Of a stretch of DNA of 64,000 nt, positions 37,501 through 48,258 are shown piece by piece (position 1 is the first letter of the stretch; each line of letters starts with the position of its first letter). The notes below the pieces were generated by a model that ran no database searches, was not told where the DNA came from, and saw only the letters and a list, made by a program, of their open reading frames with translations. The stretch is from Aplysia californica (Eukaryota). Position numbers and translations under genes: made by a program. The DNA is taken from the NCBI RefSeq assembly GCF_000002075.1, contig NW_004797434.1:11295-75294 (forward strand), in the 5' to 3' direction.

Positions 37501-40500
37501 ACTTCTTGGGAAAAAGACAAAAAAGTGATAAAAAAAAAATTCTACTTGTTATCTCTCAACAGATAAAAGCTGTTGACAGACCTAGTTCTGCCTGTCAAAC
37601 ACAGCATTAGACAAGAAAGTAGTCCTCCATAAGTTTCTATGTAATGAATCATATTTTGTGTGGTCTTCTAGTTTTTGTGAGAATATATTTAAACGTACCT
37701 TTCTATTTTTCTTTACATCAGCAACACACGTAATGTGAGACTGAAGCTGGTCAAGCAGCATTTGCGACTCGTCAACCTGTGAAAAAAAATTAAAACAAAA
37801 TTTCAATGATAAATCAAAGAGCAGATATGAAGGAAGGACACAAAATGCCTCAGTTGAAAGTAAAAATATGTCCCAGATATTCAATCAATTGCCCAATACG
37901 TTGTGTTTCTGACCTTTGACACTAACCCAGCATCAACATATTAAAAATAAGCATCTGATAATAAAGAAACTATCAGAATCAGTCACTCAGACTAGACAGT
38001 TCAATAGTAACTTCATTTCTAGAATGCTAAATAAAGAAATGTCAGTGCATGCTTGTAATTCAGTAAACATTACAATGAAAATAAAAACAATCCTCACTGC
38101 ACAAATCATAATAAACCTACATGAAGCTTTGAAATTCAGAATTTACAAACCCATCATTCACCACTTGCAAAAACAAAAAAGATATGTTCACTGTTGCATT
38201 GCTTGATTCAACTAAACAGAAACAGAAAGAAGGAATCCTTAAAAACAACACAATCTAATAACCTCATTGGGACATTTTGAGCCAGTGAGCTTCTCTAAAA
38301 CTGATGAGAAAAAAAAAAAATTATTAAAAAGAAACAAGTCATAATTCTACATTAGACTTTCAGAAATTGACTTTGTATTATATAGGGGGAACCCAACCAT
38401 AGTGCAAGGGTTGGCTACAAATACAACCGTCACATTCAGACTGAGCTTATACTTACTGAATGGGTCACAAGGTAACTACTGAAGAAGTCTTTGACACCAG
38501 CACTGTATTGGTTTTCATGGGCATATTCATAGGAATCAACCCATGGACTGAAAAGGAAAAAATTAAGAAGACGATTAAAAATAAAAATCAAGAAAAGATA
38601 GTCGTGTCTTCAAGAATGTAATAATGTAGAAATTGTTCAACATGTATTTCAAACATTATTTCTTTCATCACTGAGTACACATTGACTAAAGAGCTTAGAA
38701 ATGCTATTCCAGTAAGATAAACAATAAGCCAGGGGAACCTTGCCATAATTCAAATGCTACAATTACAATGTTATTTTACAATATTTTCAGTATAATACAA
38801 ATACTTGTGCATTCATACATACAGGCAACTTATTTTTATTTCAGCACAATAAAGCATATTAATTAAGACAAGCTTCCAAAACTTAGAGTAGAAAGGGTTT
38901 GAGAAATGGAGTGCCATACCATAACTGTATCACCCCTTAACAGTTTTAGACACAAAAAGTGGCCTACGAAAAAAAACGAATTTGCTGAGCCATCTGAGCT
39001 TTTACTCATCATTACACACAAAGAGGCGGGAAGTACCTTTGCAACCCCCCCCCCAAAGAAACCCCAATAAAATACTTAAGCACAGCTGTAAAACCCAGAA
39101 CCACAAAGCCATTACTATGAAGAGCAACTTTGAAACAACAAGATAAAGTTCATACCTTAAATTGCTGTTCCATGGATCACCATTCAATTGGTCCAAGGTT
39201 AGGAGAAGTCTGTTTTTCGTTTTTCCAGTTTTCATCCTTTGAGAAGCCGTTTTAAAGATCTGAGGACATTAAAGCATCATACAGGCATTTTAAAAAAATG
39301 TATACATTGACTTTTCAGAAAAGATAAGTACGACATGAAGTCTACTACATTGTGCAAAAATACAGTAGATCTAGATGAATGGGAGGCAAAGCTGCCAATT
39401 TATCGAAACCATGAAACAAGACTCTACTCATATGGCGGGTCGAGATGGTCTGCACTGGCAAAAAAAAAAAAACCCCCTCTAAACCCTTTTCACACATTTG
39501 TCTGAATTGAATAAATTCATGCTAAATACCTAACAATGGTAATGGACACCATTACAGTAGACATATAGGCTTCGCCTTCATTATTATTCGCCAATCTGGT
39601 CTTGGAAGTTCACAATTTTTCTTAAGCATTGGCAAATCTGTGTGGAGAATTGCTAGGAAACAGAATAGGTATTTTCTGACACTAAAACGGACTTCCATAC
39701 TCTAATTAGACCCTCAAAGGCATATTAATAATATGTTTTTCACATACTTATATTCTAAACAAATAACAACCCAATCAATCACAATAACAGACTCGAGCTT
39801 TACCTTTCTTGGTTTCGTTGCCTTTATGTTTTCTTTCTCTTTCTTCCCAGCTTTCTTTGCCTTTTTCTGAATACCCGACTTGCCAACTTTCAGTTTCAAC
39901 TGCGATTTCTCTTTCACTTTTCCTGCACGTTTCTGTCGTAAAGCTTTCTTCTTTCCCACAGGCAACTTCTTCCCCATTGACTGCAAGGCATTTGTAGCTT
40001 CTTCTGGATCAGTATCCGTAGCACTTGTGTCTGATAACACATTCCGCGCTGGAGAGAAATAATACAGTTTTGAATCTTGTACTTGAACAACACGGAAATT
40101 CACATTTGATGAGGAAAACAAGTAATGTTTCACAGAGAGACAACATACTTCTAAAGAATACAACATCTGACGATCATTTCATACAACGACACTGAAAACT
40201 GAGGTTTTCTTTCACCGACACTGCACTCAAAAACTCTACAATACAAGGTAAGTGATTCATGAACAAATAAGAGTTGCACATCAAATAAACTGATACCCAG
40301 TCCCCTTTAAAGGATCATTCGCCATTTAAGTACTGAAAAGGAACCCAGTGTATACAGCATCAAACCATCTAGAAGCTGTAAACATCATCTCAGTCTTCAA
40401 ACAGGAGAAAATGTACATCTGATCTGTTACTGCAGTGCCCCACAATGAGTACTTGACTCAAAACAAAAGAACCTCCCCATCCCAACAATCAAGAAAAAAA

Positions 40501-42995
40501 TAATTCTACTTTCATACAAAGAAGCATAATGAAACAATGAAACAAACAGATTGACAAACAAACGTGAACTACCTGCTAACTCCTCCCGCTTCCTTTTCTG
40601 CATGACCTTGGCTTGTGCAGCATCAAGTATTCTTGGCTGACACTGTTCACAGAAGTAACTATCAGGAATGTTGTTGCGATCGACTCCCATGCAGTCAATG
40701 TGTTGCCACACACTGGAAAATATAAAATCAATTTCAGACTTCAAAGTCTCAAATACAAAAAGGTTTGGCGTACAGTAAATATATAAATTATGCAATACAA
40801 AGTGACGTCAATGGAATCCTCATATTTCTAGACTTTCTACATAAAAGACACTCTTTCCAAGCACCTAATATCTATTTCACAGTATGAAGACAATACTGTA
40901 CTAGCAAGTGTACTTTTGAAAATCCTAATCCAGCAGCTGCATTCCTCCATGAAGCTCATATGCCTCCAGCAGAATGGGGCCAAAATGGACAAGTAGGGAC
41001 AGGCGACAGCAATGACTACATTTTGTCTTCTGAAAGACATCAATTCAAGATAACTAAAATCAATTGCTGACAATAAAAAATAAAAGTGAAGATTTAAAAA
41101 GTTTGATTACTATACACCTTAATCAGTAAATGTCACCAAAAAAAAAAAAAAAAAGTTTTCACACTTTTCAGAATGAAGTAAAATAAAAGGACAAGTTCTG
41201 AGAGAAAAAAAAAACAATCAACGGAAATCCCACAAACCTGCACTTGTCACAGCAGATCATGTAGCCATCATCGTGCAGGTATCCACAAATGCAGCGCGTC
41301 ACACTGTCCTCCACAATCTCTTCGACCACAGAGACAAGAGGAGTGGTCTTGACTTCTTCCTCCATCTGGACCACCCCATTGACTTGCAGTGGAGACGGAG
41401 GTCTCGGTGAAACCGGCCGGGGCGGTGAAGGGGGCGGAGGCATGCCATAGTTGTGGTCCTGAGAAAGTCATTCAGATTCATGAAGTTTCAACCGCTGTAA
41501 CTTGACTGTGAGCGCGCGCGCATATACATGTGCATGTGTGTATGTGCATTGGAGTGACAAGGGAGTTTAATCAAATCGTAGAGTAAGAAATAACAGACAA
41601 CACGGAAAGTCTTTAAAAAACAAATACAAAACACATTATGTCCGGAGTTAATATGTAGTAAGATACAAGAGAGAACATCAAATAAAAAAAATTTTTAAGT
41701 AAAAATCTATAGACAGGACAACTTTTCAAATGAAAAAAAAAAAATCTATACCTGGTAAGGTAAGCCAAAGTATCCTGTACTGTTTTGAGGGAGGGTGCTG
41801 GGTGGGGGAAGAGGTCGTTGATACGTATGTTCTGGCAGTGGAATGTCCAAGACATCAGCACTGAGGAGGAAAACAAAAAAATACAATTGGTGCCAAATTA
41901 CGTAAGATTCTACACAATTTCTTTGAAATACTTTGGGACCCAAAAAAAAGGGCCTCAGGGCAGAAAAAAAATACCATGTCAAGCTGTAAAAGTAAAGGAC
42001 AACATGGGGGAAGTAAATATTTCAGAAGAATATACTACTACTGCTATCAATCCAAATTAACTGCTGTAGTAAAAAGAGAGGAGAGAGAGGAACATGCTAG
42101 ATAATGGAAGGACAAACTATGTACAAACCAGATTGCAACTCTAAAATTTCATGGTAAAGCATTCATAAGTGGAACTAGTCGCTGTACATCAAAATCTTCC
42201 ACTATAAAGAAGTGTCCGCCAGTCCGGACAGGGTTATAATTTTGAAACTCATGAGCCAATACACGGAATTTTGGAGAAGCATGCTCCTATACTCCAGAAT
42301 TGGTTTCACCGAATGGGTTGCAGACTTTCGCTTGGAGGACTATGCTAACATACCTAGACCTATTAGTGGTGAAGACAGTAGTAAGGCAGGGTTGTCCTTT
42401 TCAGTTCCTTTACAGAGTGGGTGGATTAGATTATAAGAAAAAGACCTCCCCAGGCTGTTATATTGGGATCCAACAGATCTCAAGGAGTCAAAAAAAGGAT
42501 CATGTTGGCACTCTAGCACTTTTTTTCAATAGCCATTGCTAAATGAAAGAGAAAAGAAAGAATCTTCTAACTAATTATTAGTTCAATGAAATGTGTGAGC
42601 AGAAATTTACCTGGGTCAAGACGGTGGTGACAGCACTTGGTATCATGAAGTAAAGTTAAAGGAAAAATTTTAATCTAAAATCTCCACAGATACTCATGAA
42701 CGAGAGAAAACAGAAGCATGAAATGCGGAAATTATTTGCTGCAGAACCATACTCTTACACCATTCTACTGCTCTGCTATGTTACACCACCAAGTATAAAA
42801 AGGATTTAAGTGAAAAATCAGCGGAGAAGTGAAAGTATTTTATACTCTTTCATTCCATAATTATAACTGTAAAAGTTCATTTAAAAGAATGTCTACTTAC
42901 TCAGTGTATGATGAAGATGCTTCATCTCCACTGCCATATTGTGATTCTAGGCCTCCATTGGGCTTGACAGCACCAACTCTCAAAATAATGCTCAT
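12762..42995 (-). CDS. KMT2E: KMT2E/MLL5-SETD5 family (UpSET-like) PHD-finger and SET-domain chromatin regulator; 27 coding exons, ~2373 aa
   Basis: All exons join in phase. Family motifs in order: MSII start, GLPYQDHNYG, PHD ([30 protein letters not shown]), SET (AIIEYKGK...PFVLFY...[21 protein letters not shown]...EITIPFDY), post-[51 protein letters not shown], Pro/Ser/His-rich tail. Confidence 0.93.
14397..14561 (-). CDS. KMT2E: KMT2E coding exon 26
   Basis: [13 protein letters not shown]...GAYS; phases 1-1; donor gtgagt. Confidence 0.85.
14965..15026 (-). mobile_element. Isolated SINE/LINE 3' tail
   Basis: ggcgctcatatgaccttatgcagttgtgagcaccgttaaac plus (taaac)n, the same tail as both retro-element families. 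Confidence 0.7.
16737..16918 (-). mobile_element. Short (~185 bp) SINE-like element
   Basis: gtgggtggttggcgggtgctctggtgtgg head, shared stem-loop tail, (taaaac)n; 12-bp TSD tgcaagatatat. Confidence 0.88.
17461..17604 (-). CDS. KMT2E: KMT2E coding exon 25
   Basis: TKKHREPGT(P)n...NVTD; phases 1-1; donor gtgagt. Confidence 0.85.
18776..18892 (-). CDS. KMT2E: KMT2E coding exon 24
   Basis: [28 protein letters not shown]; phases 1-1; donor gtaagt. Confidence 0.88.
19431..19725 (-). CDS. KMT2E: KMT2E coding exon 23
   Basis: [12 protein letters not shown]...DPRK. Confidence 0.9.
20085..20280 (-). mobile_element. Degenerate RTE LINE 3' end
   Basis: [10 protein letters not shown]...EKWKVFVCG remnants; similar to 27712-27876. 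Confidence 0.65.
20963..21494 (+). mobile_element. tRNA-derived SINE (long family, best-preserved copy)
   Basis: A box tggcctagagg, B box ggttcgaatcc, pyrimidine-rich body, Deu/Nin-like core (gtgtgcaagttgcgcacgttaaagatccc), stem-loop tail and (caaaa)n; TSD aaacatatgtag. Confidence 0.92.
21805..21881 (-). repeat. Degenerate tRNA-like element, paralog of 7741-7816
   Basis: ggcctctgtggtgtagttgttacgatgct...gaagactcaaatttgatttcggagtggggagaa aligns with the 7.8-kb copy. Confidence 0.5.
22124..24340 (-). CDS. KMT2E: KMT2E coding exon 22 (giant Ser/acidic low-complexity exon, 739 codons)
   Basis: Uninterrupted 2217-nt frame, tag acceptor, AAG|gtatgt donor; ends AKKK and joins VSLFEY in the next exon. 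Confidence 0.9.
25177..25364 (-). CDS. KMT2E: KMT2E coding exon 21
   Basis: [14 protein letters not shown]...HSTDD; donor gtaaga. Confidence 0.9.
25698..25884 (-). mobile_element. Short SINE-like element
   Basis: Same head and tail as 16737-16918; TSD tgacagt. Confidence 0.85.
26289..26451 (-). CDS. KMT2E: KMT2E coding exon 20
   Basis: RWLRQAMHE...TSPL; completes the AKK|RWLRQA motif. Confidence 0.9.
26460..26637 (-). mobile_element. Short SINE-like element inserted at a KMT2E splice acceptor
   Basis: Family head and tail; TSD gcgctgcaaga at 26449-26459 and 26638-26648. Confidence 0.85.
26678..26858 (-). mobile_element. Short SINE-like element
   Basis: Family head and tail; TSD acaac(c/t)acgttt. 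Confidence 0.88.
27334..27510 (-). CDS. KMT2E: KMT2E coding exon 19
   Basis: HLFTEWS...AGSAKK. Confidence 0.9.
27593..28701. mobile_element. Tc1/mariner (pogo/Tigger-like) non-autonomous element
   Basis: TA|cagtagtctccacctaagatccc ... gggatcttaggtggggactactg|TA; subterminal ggatctta repeats. Confidence 0.9.
27712..27876 (-). mobile_element. RTE LINE 3' fragment nested in the Tc1-like element
   Basis: [17 protein letters not shown] and [16 protein letters not shown] remnants, (tga)n tail; 13-bp TSD atgttaaggctca. Confidence 0.85.
29399..29600 (-). CDS. KMT2E: KMT2E coding exon 18
   Basis: KSRVQSTS...EFKFIKTKK. Confidence 0.88.
30080..30420 (-). CDS. KMT2E: KMT2E coding exon 17
   Basis: KEEGENQ...RRMGKRKR; donor at 30079 or an in-phase alternative at 30070. 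Confidence 0.85.
30690..30824 (-). CDS. KMT2E: KMT2E coding exon 16
   Basis: [24 protein letters not shown], a conserved coiled-coil motif. Confidence 0.93.
31514..31723 (-). CDS. KMT2E: KMT2E coding exon 15
   Basis: HKTKEKD...DCPRKM; phase 0-0. Confidence 0.87.
32047..32208 (-). CDS. KMT2E: KMT2E coding exon 14
   Basis: [15 protein letters not shown]...GKNKE; phase 0-0. Confidence 0.85.
32818..33130 (-). CDS. KMT2E: KMT2E coding exon 13 (GC donor)
   Basis: [14 protein letters not shown]...DSSLQ; ends CAG|gcaagt in phase 0. Confidence 0.82.
33212..33398. mobile_element. Degenerate Tigger-like MITE
   Basis: TA|cagtcgaa ... ttcaattg|TA ends with internal gtggtc/gtggcc-type motifs. Confidence 0.55.
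34092..34172 (-). CDS. KMT2E: KMT2E coding exon 12 (post-SET)
   Basis: [21 protein letters not shown]; donor gtaagt. Confidence 0.92.
34860..34969 (-). CDS. KMT2E: KMT2E coding exon 11 (SET)
   Basis: [36 protein letters not shown]; donor gtgagt. Confidence 0.93.
35425..35539 (-). CDS. KMT2E: KMT2E coding exon 10 (SET)
   Basis: [38 protein letters not shown]. Confidence 0.95.
36188..36303 (-). CDS. KMT2E: KMT2E coding exon 9 (SET)
   Basis: [24 protein letters not shown]. Confidence 0.93.
36318..36499 (-). mobile_element. Diverged short SINE-like element
   Basis: Recognisable head (gtggatggttggcgggttttctagtgtgg) and tail; about 12 nt from the exon-9 acceptor. Confidence 0.75.
36970..37403. 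mobile_element. Dispersed TIR element (~430 bp)
   Basis: aatcaggcgctcgtcaatttt ... aattttgacgagcgct inverted ends; colinear paralog at 49425-49867 and an end fragment at ~4354-4415. Confidence 0.75.
37699..37776 (-). CDS. KMT2E: KMT2E coding exon 8
   Basis: [26 protein letters not shown]; phase 0-0. Confidence 0.85.
38457..38547 (-). CDS. KMT2E: KMT2E coding exon 7
   Basis: [18 protein letters not shown], the conserved WxDxYExAxxNQYS motif; donor gtaagt. Confidence 0.9.
39156..39259 (-). CDS. KMT2E: KMT2E coding exon 6
   Basis: [10 protein letters not shown]...GDPWNSNL; cag / gtatga; phases 0-2. Confidence 0.8.
39804..40048 (-). CDS. KMT2E: KMT2E coding exon 5
   Basis: [13 protein letters not shown] followed by a Lys-rich tract; phases 1-0. 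Confidence 0.9.
40573..40712 (-). CDS. KMT2E: KMT2E coding exon 4 (PHD C-half)
   Basis: [27 protein letters not shown]...QKRKREELA. Confidence 0.95.
41238..41458 (-). CDS. KMT2E: KMT2E coding exon 3 (PHD N-half)
   Basis: [10 protein letters not shown]...[21 protein letters not shown]. Confidence 0.95.
41752..41860 (-). CDS. KMT2E: KMT2E coding exon 2
   Basis: [11 protein letters not shown]...GYFGLPYQ; cag / gtatag. Confidence 0.9.
42901..42995 (-). CDS. KMT2E: KMT2E coding exon 1 (ATG at 42995; exon acceptor at 43089)
   Basis: [31 protein letters not shown]; donor gtaagt; phase 2 matches next exon. Confidence 0.8.
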
Positions 42996-45900
42996 CTCGA
43001 GGGTACCAATTCTGGACGTTGGGTGGCTACATCGAATGGTACTTTTTCACCCTTTTCCAACATTGCAGAGCAAACGTTTTGAAGAAGCACTGAAAGAAAA
43101 TAAAAATATATCAATGGTCATTAAAAATGAAAATGTTATGAGATTGAGAAGCACGGAAACAACTCTTAAAAATATGTGCATCAACTGAAGAAAAGTCATC
43201 TGACTTACGTTGAAAAACAATAGTCAGTGCCAATTTCATGATGATCAATAGAGGACCTCAAACTTATCATGTTGATATGTCGAGGCTCCATAATTGACAT
43301 TGTGAACCAAATCCATAGCTGCTAATTTTTCAAAACCAAAAAAATGGCCTCTACTACACAGCAGGTCAAGATGGTGGGCAATGGACAAATAACCCCTCCC
43401 CAAACAGTTTTACTTTTCTGCTTTCAGTAGATTCAAGGTAAACATTAAATAAGGCTTTTGTCTCATTGTTATTTGCAAATCCAGTTCTCATGTTTATTGG
43501 CAAGTCAGTGAGAAGCAATAGGCCTACTAATAGTATATTACTAGTAAACAGAGGATACATATTTTCCAACCAAAAAGCGGACTGCAGCACCCAGTCGTTC
43601 TTCAAAATCAACACATTTTTAAAGTACTGATTGGCAGTGTCAATCATTTTAAAAAATACAGCAATATTAAACTTTTGAAACTGTCATGTCAGGAACAGCT
43701 GAAAGGTCCGCATCCACTAATCACTGATAAGTGAGCTTGTGGCTTCCAATATACACATTTTGGAATTTTTAAGCATAAGTTGAGTATTTGTTCCCGTAAA
43801 CCTTTAACTTTAAAAACAAAAGGCCCAATTATCCAATAAGCGCACTTACAATTAAATTGAAGTTGTAGCCGAACACTTTTCTCAGGATTGTTCGATTTGA
43901 CTTTTCTTTCACTTTCCAAACAAAACTGAGTGTGATCCCTTAGTCAAAGAACAGTTTTTTTTAAAATCCCAACCTACACTAACAGTTATTTCGTACCAAC
44001 CGTCCAACCTCCATCAACCTGTTGACATAAATTAAAAATCCTTTACTACCCATTGGATCTATATATCATTTTCTAAAGAACAATAAAATGGCTGAAAGAA
44101 ATGAATTTGAGGGGTATTTGTTGTGGGCTTTGCCTTTTGAAGTTGGGCATACTTAAAACCATACATTTTTTTTCAGAGAAGGATAAAACTTATAATTATG
44201 AAATAAAAATTGACCATAATTGTGCAATAGTGTCATGCATCATGTTCACAAAGCCTTGTGCAAAACGTGGATGAAATTTCAGACATGTGGTGTCCTCCCA
44301 CTGCCTTAATAGCTTTGTGGATACTATAGGAAACTAACAGCAGCACAAACATCAAGACCTTTTAGATTTTTCCTTTTTCAAGCTGTAAGAACAACCTACA
44401 CAATGAGTCTTCAGAAAAAAATCAACAAAAAATAGTTTTTAAAACCCCCACATTACACCAGAATAGAGGCAAATGTCCCCATTTATATGCATTACTGCTG
44501 TCTGACATGGAGAATTACCCCAGGCCTACAGACAAGCAAAATGATCAAACAAATTAAGCTTATTTATTACATAAGTCAGGTAAGACAGCAAAACTAATAA
44601 TAGAAAACGGTTTTGGAAAAATATGCTCTGATAAACAATCATGGTAGCCTAAATCCTAATCCTTAAATACAATTAGCACTGGGAATAGTAAATCCCATCG
44701 ACAACAACAGGACATACAGTTTGGAAATAATATATATGACCATTTCAACAAGAAATAGTAGACATCCTGAGTAGAAGTAAGGCCATTTAATTCTAAAGAA
44801 TAACATTAAGAACTTTCAAGAAGCTTAAAAGCTGCCCTTAGGCCTGCCAAGAGCATTGTATAGGATCAGCTGTACTTTCATACCATCACTCCAATCTCAT
44901 TCTCAGGAGAATTGTACGGCATTTTTCTCTCTAACAATTTTGAGGGTTATATTTTATAATGACTAAATCTTCACTAGTAGCAACGGTCAAGTGGCACAAA
45001 TCATAACTCATCAGTTCTGACATACTTCAAGATTTAGATAGCCAAATAGGAGGAGACACCAGAACACACGTGTGTCCATTGTGGGTCAGAGAAGCATCGC
45101 TAATGTCACACACATCCAAGGGCTTACACAGGCCAAGTGAAACAAGAATAGCGAATATATAAATGATGCATAGATATATCTGCCTTTTGGTTAATCATGA
45201 CCAATATTCTTGTTGGTTTAGAAAATAAAAATAATTTTCCCATAAAGACAAAGAAGATTTTTTTGGAAGGTGCTTTTTTGAAAGCTGTCATCTTCCTTTA
45301 TGCATCAAATTATATATATATATATAATATATAATATATATATTTTTTTTCTAGAAGCTAAGATATTTATTTTGAAGTAACAAAATGTGAACAAGTAAGA
45401 ATTGAGAAAAAGGTGTTCCAAGTTACACAAAATGGAAAATAGATTTTAAAAAGTATATAAAAAACAAGAAGCAGTCATGAATGATATTCTAAAAAAAATG
45501 GTTGGGGGGGGGGGGTATCCCCTGGTATGCACCCCTTAAAACCGACCAGACTTGGACCCTACCAGCTATTTTTGTCTACAATCTTGGTTCAAGGTTTAAC
45601 TAAAAGTTCCTGATTCCCTCAGACCCGCTCACCTTTGATTTATCAACTCTACTGAAGTAATCTGAAGATTGTAACGTGATAAAATGTCATCATAAATTGC
45701 TCTTATCAGCGACAAATAAACCCATGTAAGCGTTTTCTGCAATGTTGAAGAACTTATAATAAGGTAATATAAATCATAATTATTACAGTCGACCCTGATT
45801 TTGCGACCACCAACTGTCCAAAACGACCACTTCACACCTTGTGTTTTTTAATTGCTTTGGGGGGTTTTCTGCTGTTTTTTTAAACATATAAATAATGAAA

Positions 45901-46317
45901 CTGTCCAAGACGGCCACCTGTTCAACGCAACCATATAAGCTTTAAATCTTATCAAATAACTGCCCCAAAAAACTGTCAAAGGCAGCCAGTAAAATTTCGA
46001 ATCGTCCAATGAATATAACCCAAAAATCCCTTTTCGCCTTCCTTTCAAATAGCAAAAAACCCCAAAACAACAACAACAACAAAACAAGCACTTTAATGGA
46101 ACTTATAATGGCAGTCCTAAGCCTGCACCCACCTTCGGCTGGAACCTCAAAAACTATTTTTTGGGTTTGTTTTTTTCAAGTTCATAAAACCTGCCAAAAA
46201 CCTTTTTTCTCCAAAATGAGTGGTTTGTCTTGGACAAGTCTGCCTATATCATTTATATTCTTTCAACCATATTTATAAACTTGTTCATTGCATAAATCTG
46301 CACGCAGACATGATCAT

Positions 46318-46833
46318 GGGGGCTCTCGTGGTCTCGATGTTATAATAGTATTTGCCTCTCATTCAATGTGTCCCGAGTTTGAAGCCAGACAGCAACGGAA
46401 AATTTTCTTCTCTAAAATTTGTTTATCTTTTCGCCTTCTTTCCTGCTCTATAACCATGTTCTATCGTCTGCTTTCGTCTCCACTTTCTACCCCCTCCACA
46501 GGGCTCCGGACTCTTTCTGCAGCCTTTCTAATACTGCTACTCCTCGGTTCCTTCTCACGGCTGTCTTTCATCCACAACCCTGATCTTATGGTAGAAAAGA
46601 TCTAACACCTAGCCTTCTAGGATAATGGCGAAAAATCTCGAAGGTCCAGTGTGCAAGTTGCGCACGTTAAAGTTTAAAGATCCCTTGATGGTCCTATAGT
46701 TGATAATAGTAGGCTTCGGTCGCCACCCGGGCAACATTTATAATTTCCTACCAACTGAAAAATGCTTAATGTGTCCCGCATGCTCATACGACCTTTTATG
46801 CAGTTGTGAGTGCTGTAAAAAGCTTACCAAAAC
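46318..46833 (+). mobile_element. tRNA-derived SINE (long family)
   Basis: Colinear with 20963-21494 from the gggggctctcgtgg head to the tail. Confidence 0.9.
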
Positions 46834-46839
46834 CTGACA

Positions 46840-47091
46840 CAGGCTTGCCAACATTTTTCAAAACCCAACCAGGGACACCAAACAAACCACTCCTTACTTA
46901 ATAATAAACAAAATGAAATTAATCGGAGACTGGTTTTAGTGTTGTGTATCTGATGAGGATCTCAAATTTCAGATAGCTGAATGCCAGACAATCCCAAGAA
47001 ATCCAGGACTGTTGGAAAGCCTTCTCAAATTCCAGATAGCTGAATGCCAGACAATCCCAGGAAATCCGGGACTGTACTGTTGGAAAGCCTG
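46840..47091. mobile_element. hAT-like MITE with duplicated right end
   Basis: caggcttgccaaca ... tgttggaaagcctg TIRs, ccgggac-type subterminal motifs; 46960-47022 repeated at 47023-47090. Confidence 0.65.
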
Positions 47092-47917
47092 TCTACATAT
47101 TCGCTGACAAACACACATGTATTTAATATATTTTATTATAGATGACCACTAAAACCTTTGCAAATAAATTGACTTTCTGGAAAATATTAACATGATTAAC
47201 CCTCAAACCAAAACAGCAATAATGAGAAAACATAAATAAAGGCCAGGGGCATACATCCCCAAAACCTCAACAGACCGTCTCAAAAACTAATAATTTGCCA
47301 TGGTTAGTTAAAATAATGAGACAAAATTCTCATAACAGATAAAAATTAACCCCCAAAAAGTGCTGTACAATCAATGAGTGAATTTTTACTTTCACTCCAG
47401 CATGCAAATTGTAAATGCACTGGTTTTAGACACAAGATCACCATAGCCATATTTGGCTACAGAACACACACATGGCCTATGGCCAACTAAGTCTAAGCAA
47501 TGTTGCAAATCATTTGTTTTCAAGCAAATCTCAAATCTGCTAATACTACAAAATATCATAATTTATATGACCCAGTATGTATAGTATGTATGTCCCTTGA
47601 AACCCCCCAAGGTTTTTTAAAACGCACGAAATGATATTACGTTATCACGCTTCCATTCATGTAATAATAGCATCCTTTAATAGTTCAAACAAAAATCACC
47701 AAATATTTCAAATCTAATGATTTGTGACAAATAAAAAGTCTTAAGTTGTGTAAACCATAAAACTGAACAAGAAAAGTGCTAATTTGAGCGTGAGACAGGA
47801 ATGATAATAAAATTTGACTCAATTGTATAATTGTCTTGGCCTACCAGAGCATAACATGAGACAGGTATGATACTGATAGTAAAATAATACAGATAAAATT
47901 TACCAAAGGTAGTGCAT

Positions 47918-48258
47918 CAGGGTGTGGCTGAAGTCGACTCTTATCGATTTTCAACCACTAAGAGATCTTTTTAATGTTCCCAACTTGCAAACGAGACCTC
48001 CGAGATTTTTTGCCCTTATCAAGGAAGGCTAGGTGTTAGATCTTTCCTGCCATGATCAGACATAAGATCTGGGATTTGGCTGAAAGAGACAGCAGTAAGA
48101 ACGAGCCAAGGAGTAGCAGGCAGCAGAAAGAGTCGGTCCAGAGGAGGTGGCAAAAAGTGGAGACAATTATTTTGTCTCCACTTTTTAAGCAGACGACAGA
48201 ACATGGTAAGAAGAGAGCAGAAAAGGAGGTGAAAGGAGAACAATTTATTTTCAGAGAA
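47918..48258 (-). mobile_element. Internal fragment of the long SINE
   Basis: Matches the body and core of 20963-21494 in reverse; head and tail missing. Confidence 0.8.

Noticed and set aside
46950-46980. Hammerhead ribozyme core CTGATGAG
   Set aside because: No stem II followed by GAAA; the same holds for the other CTGATGA hits I checked.
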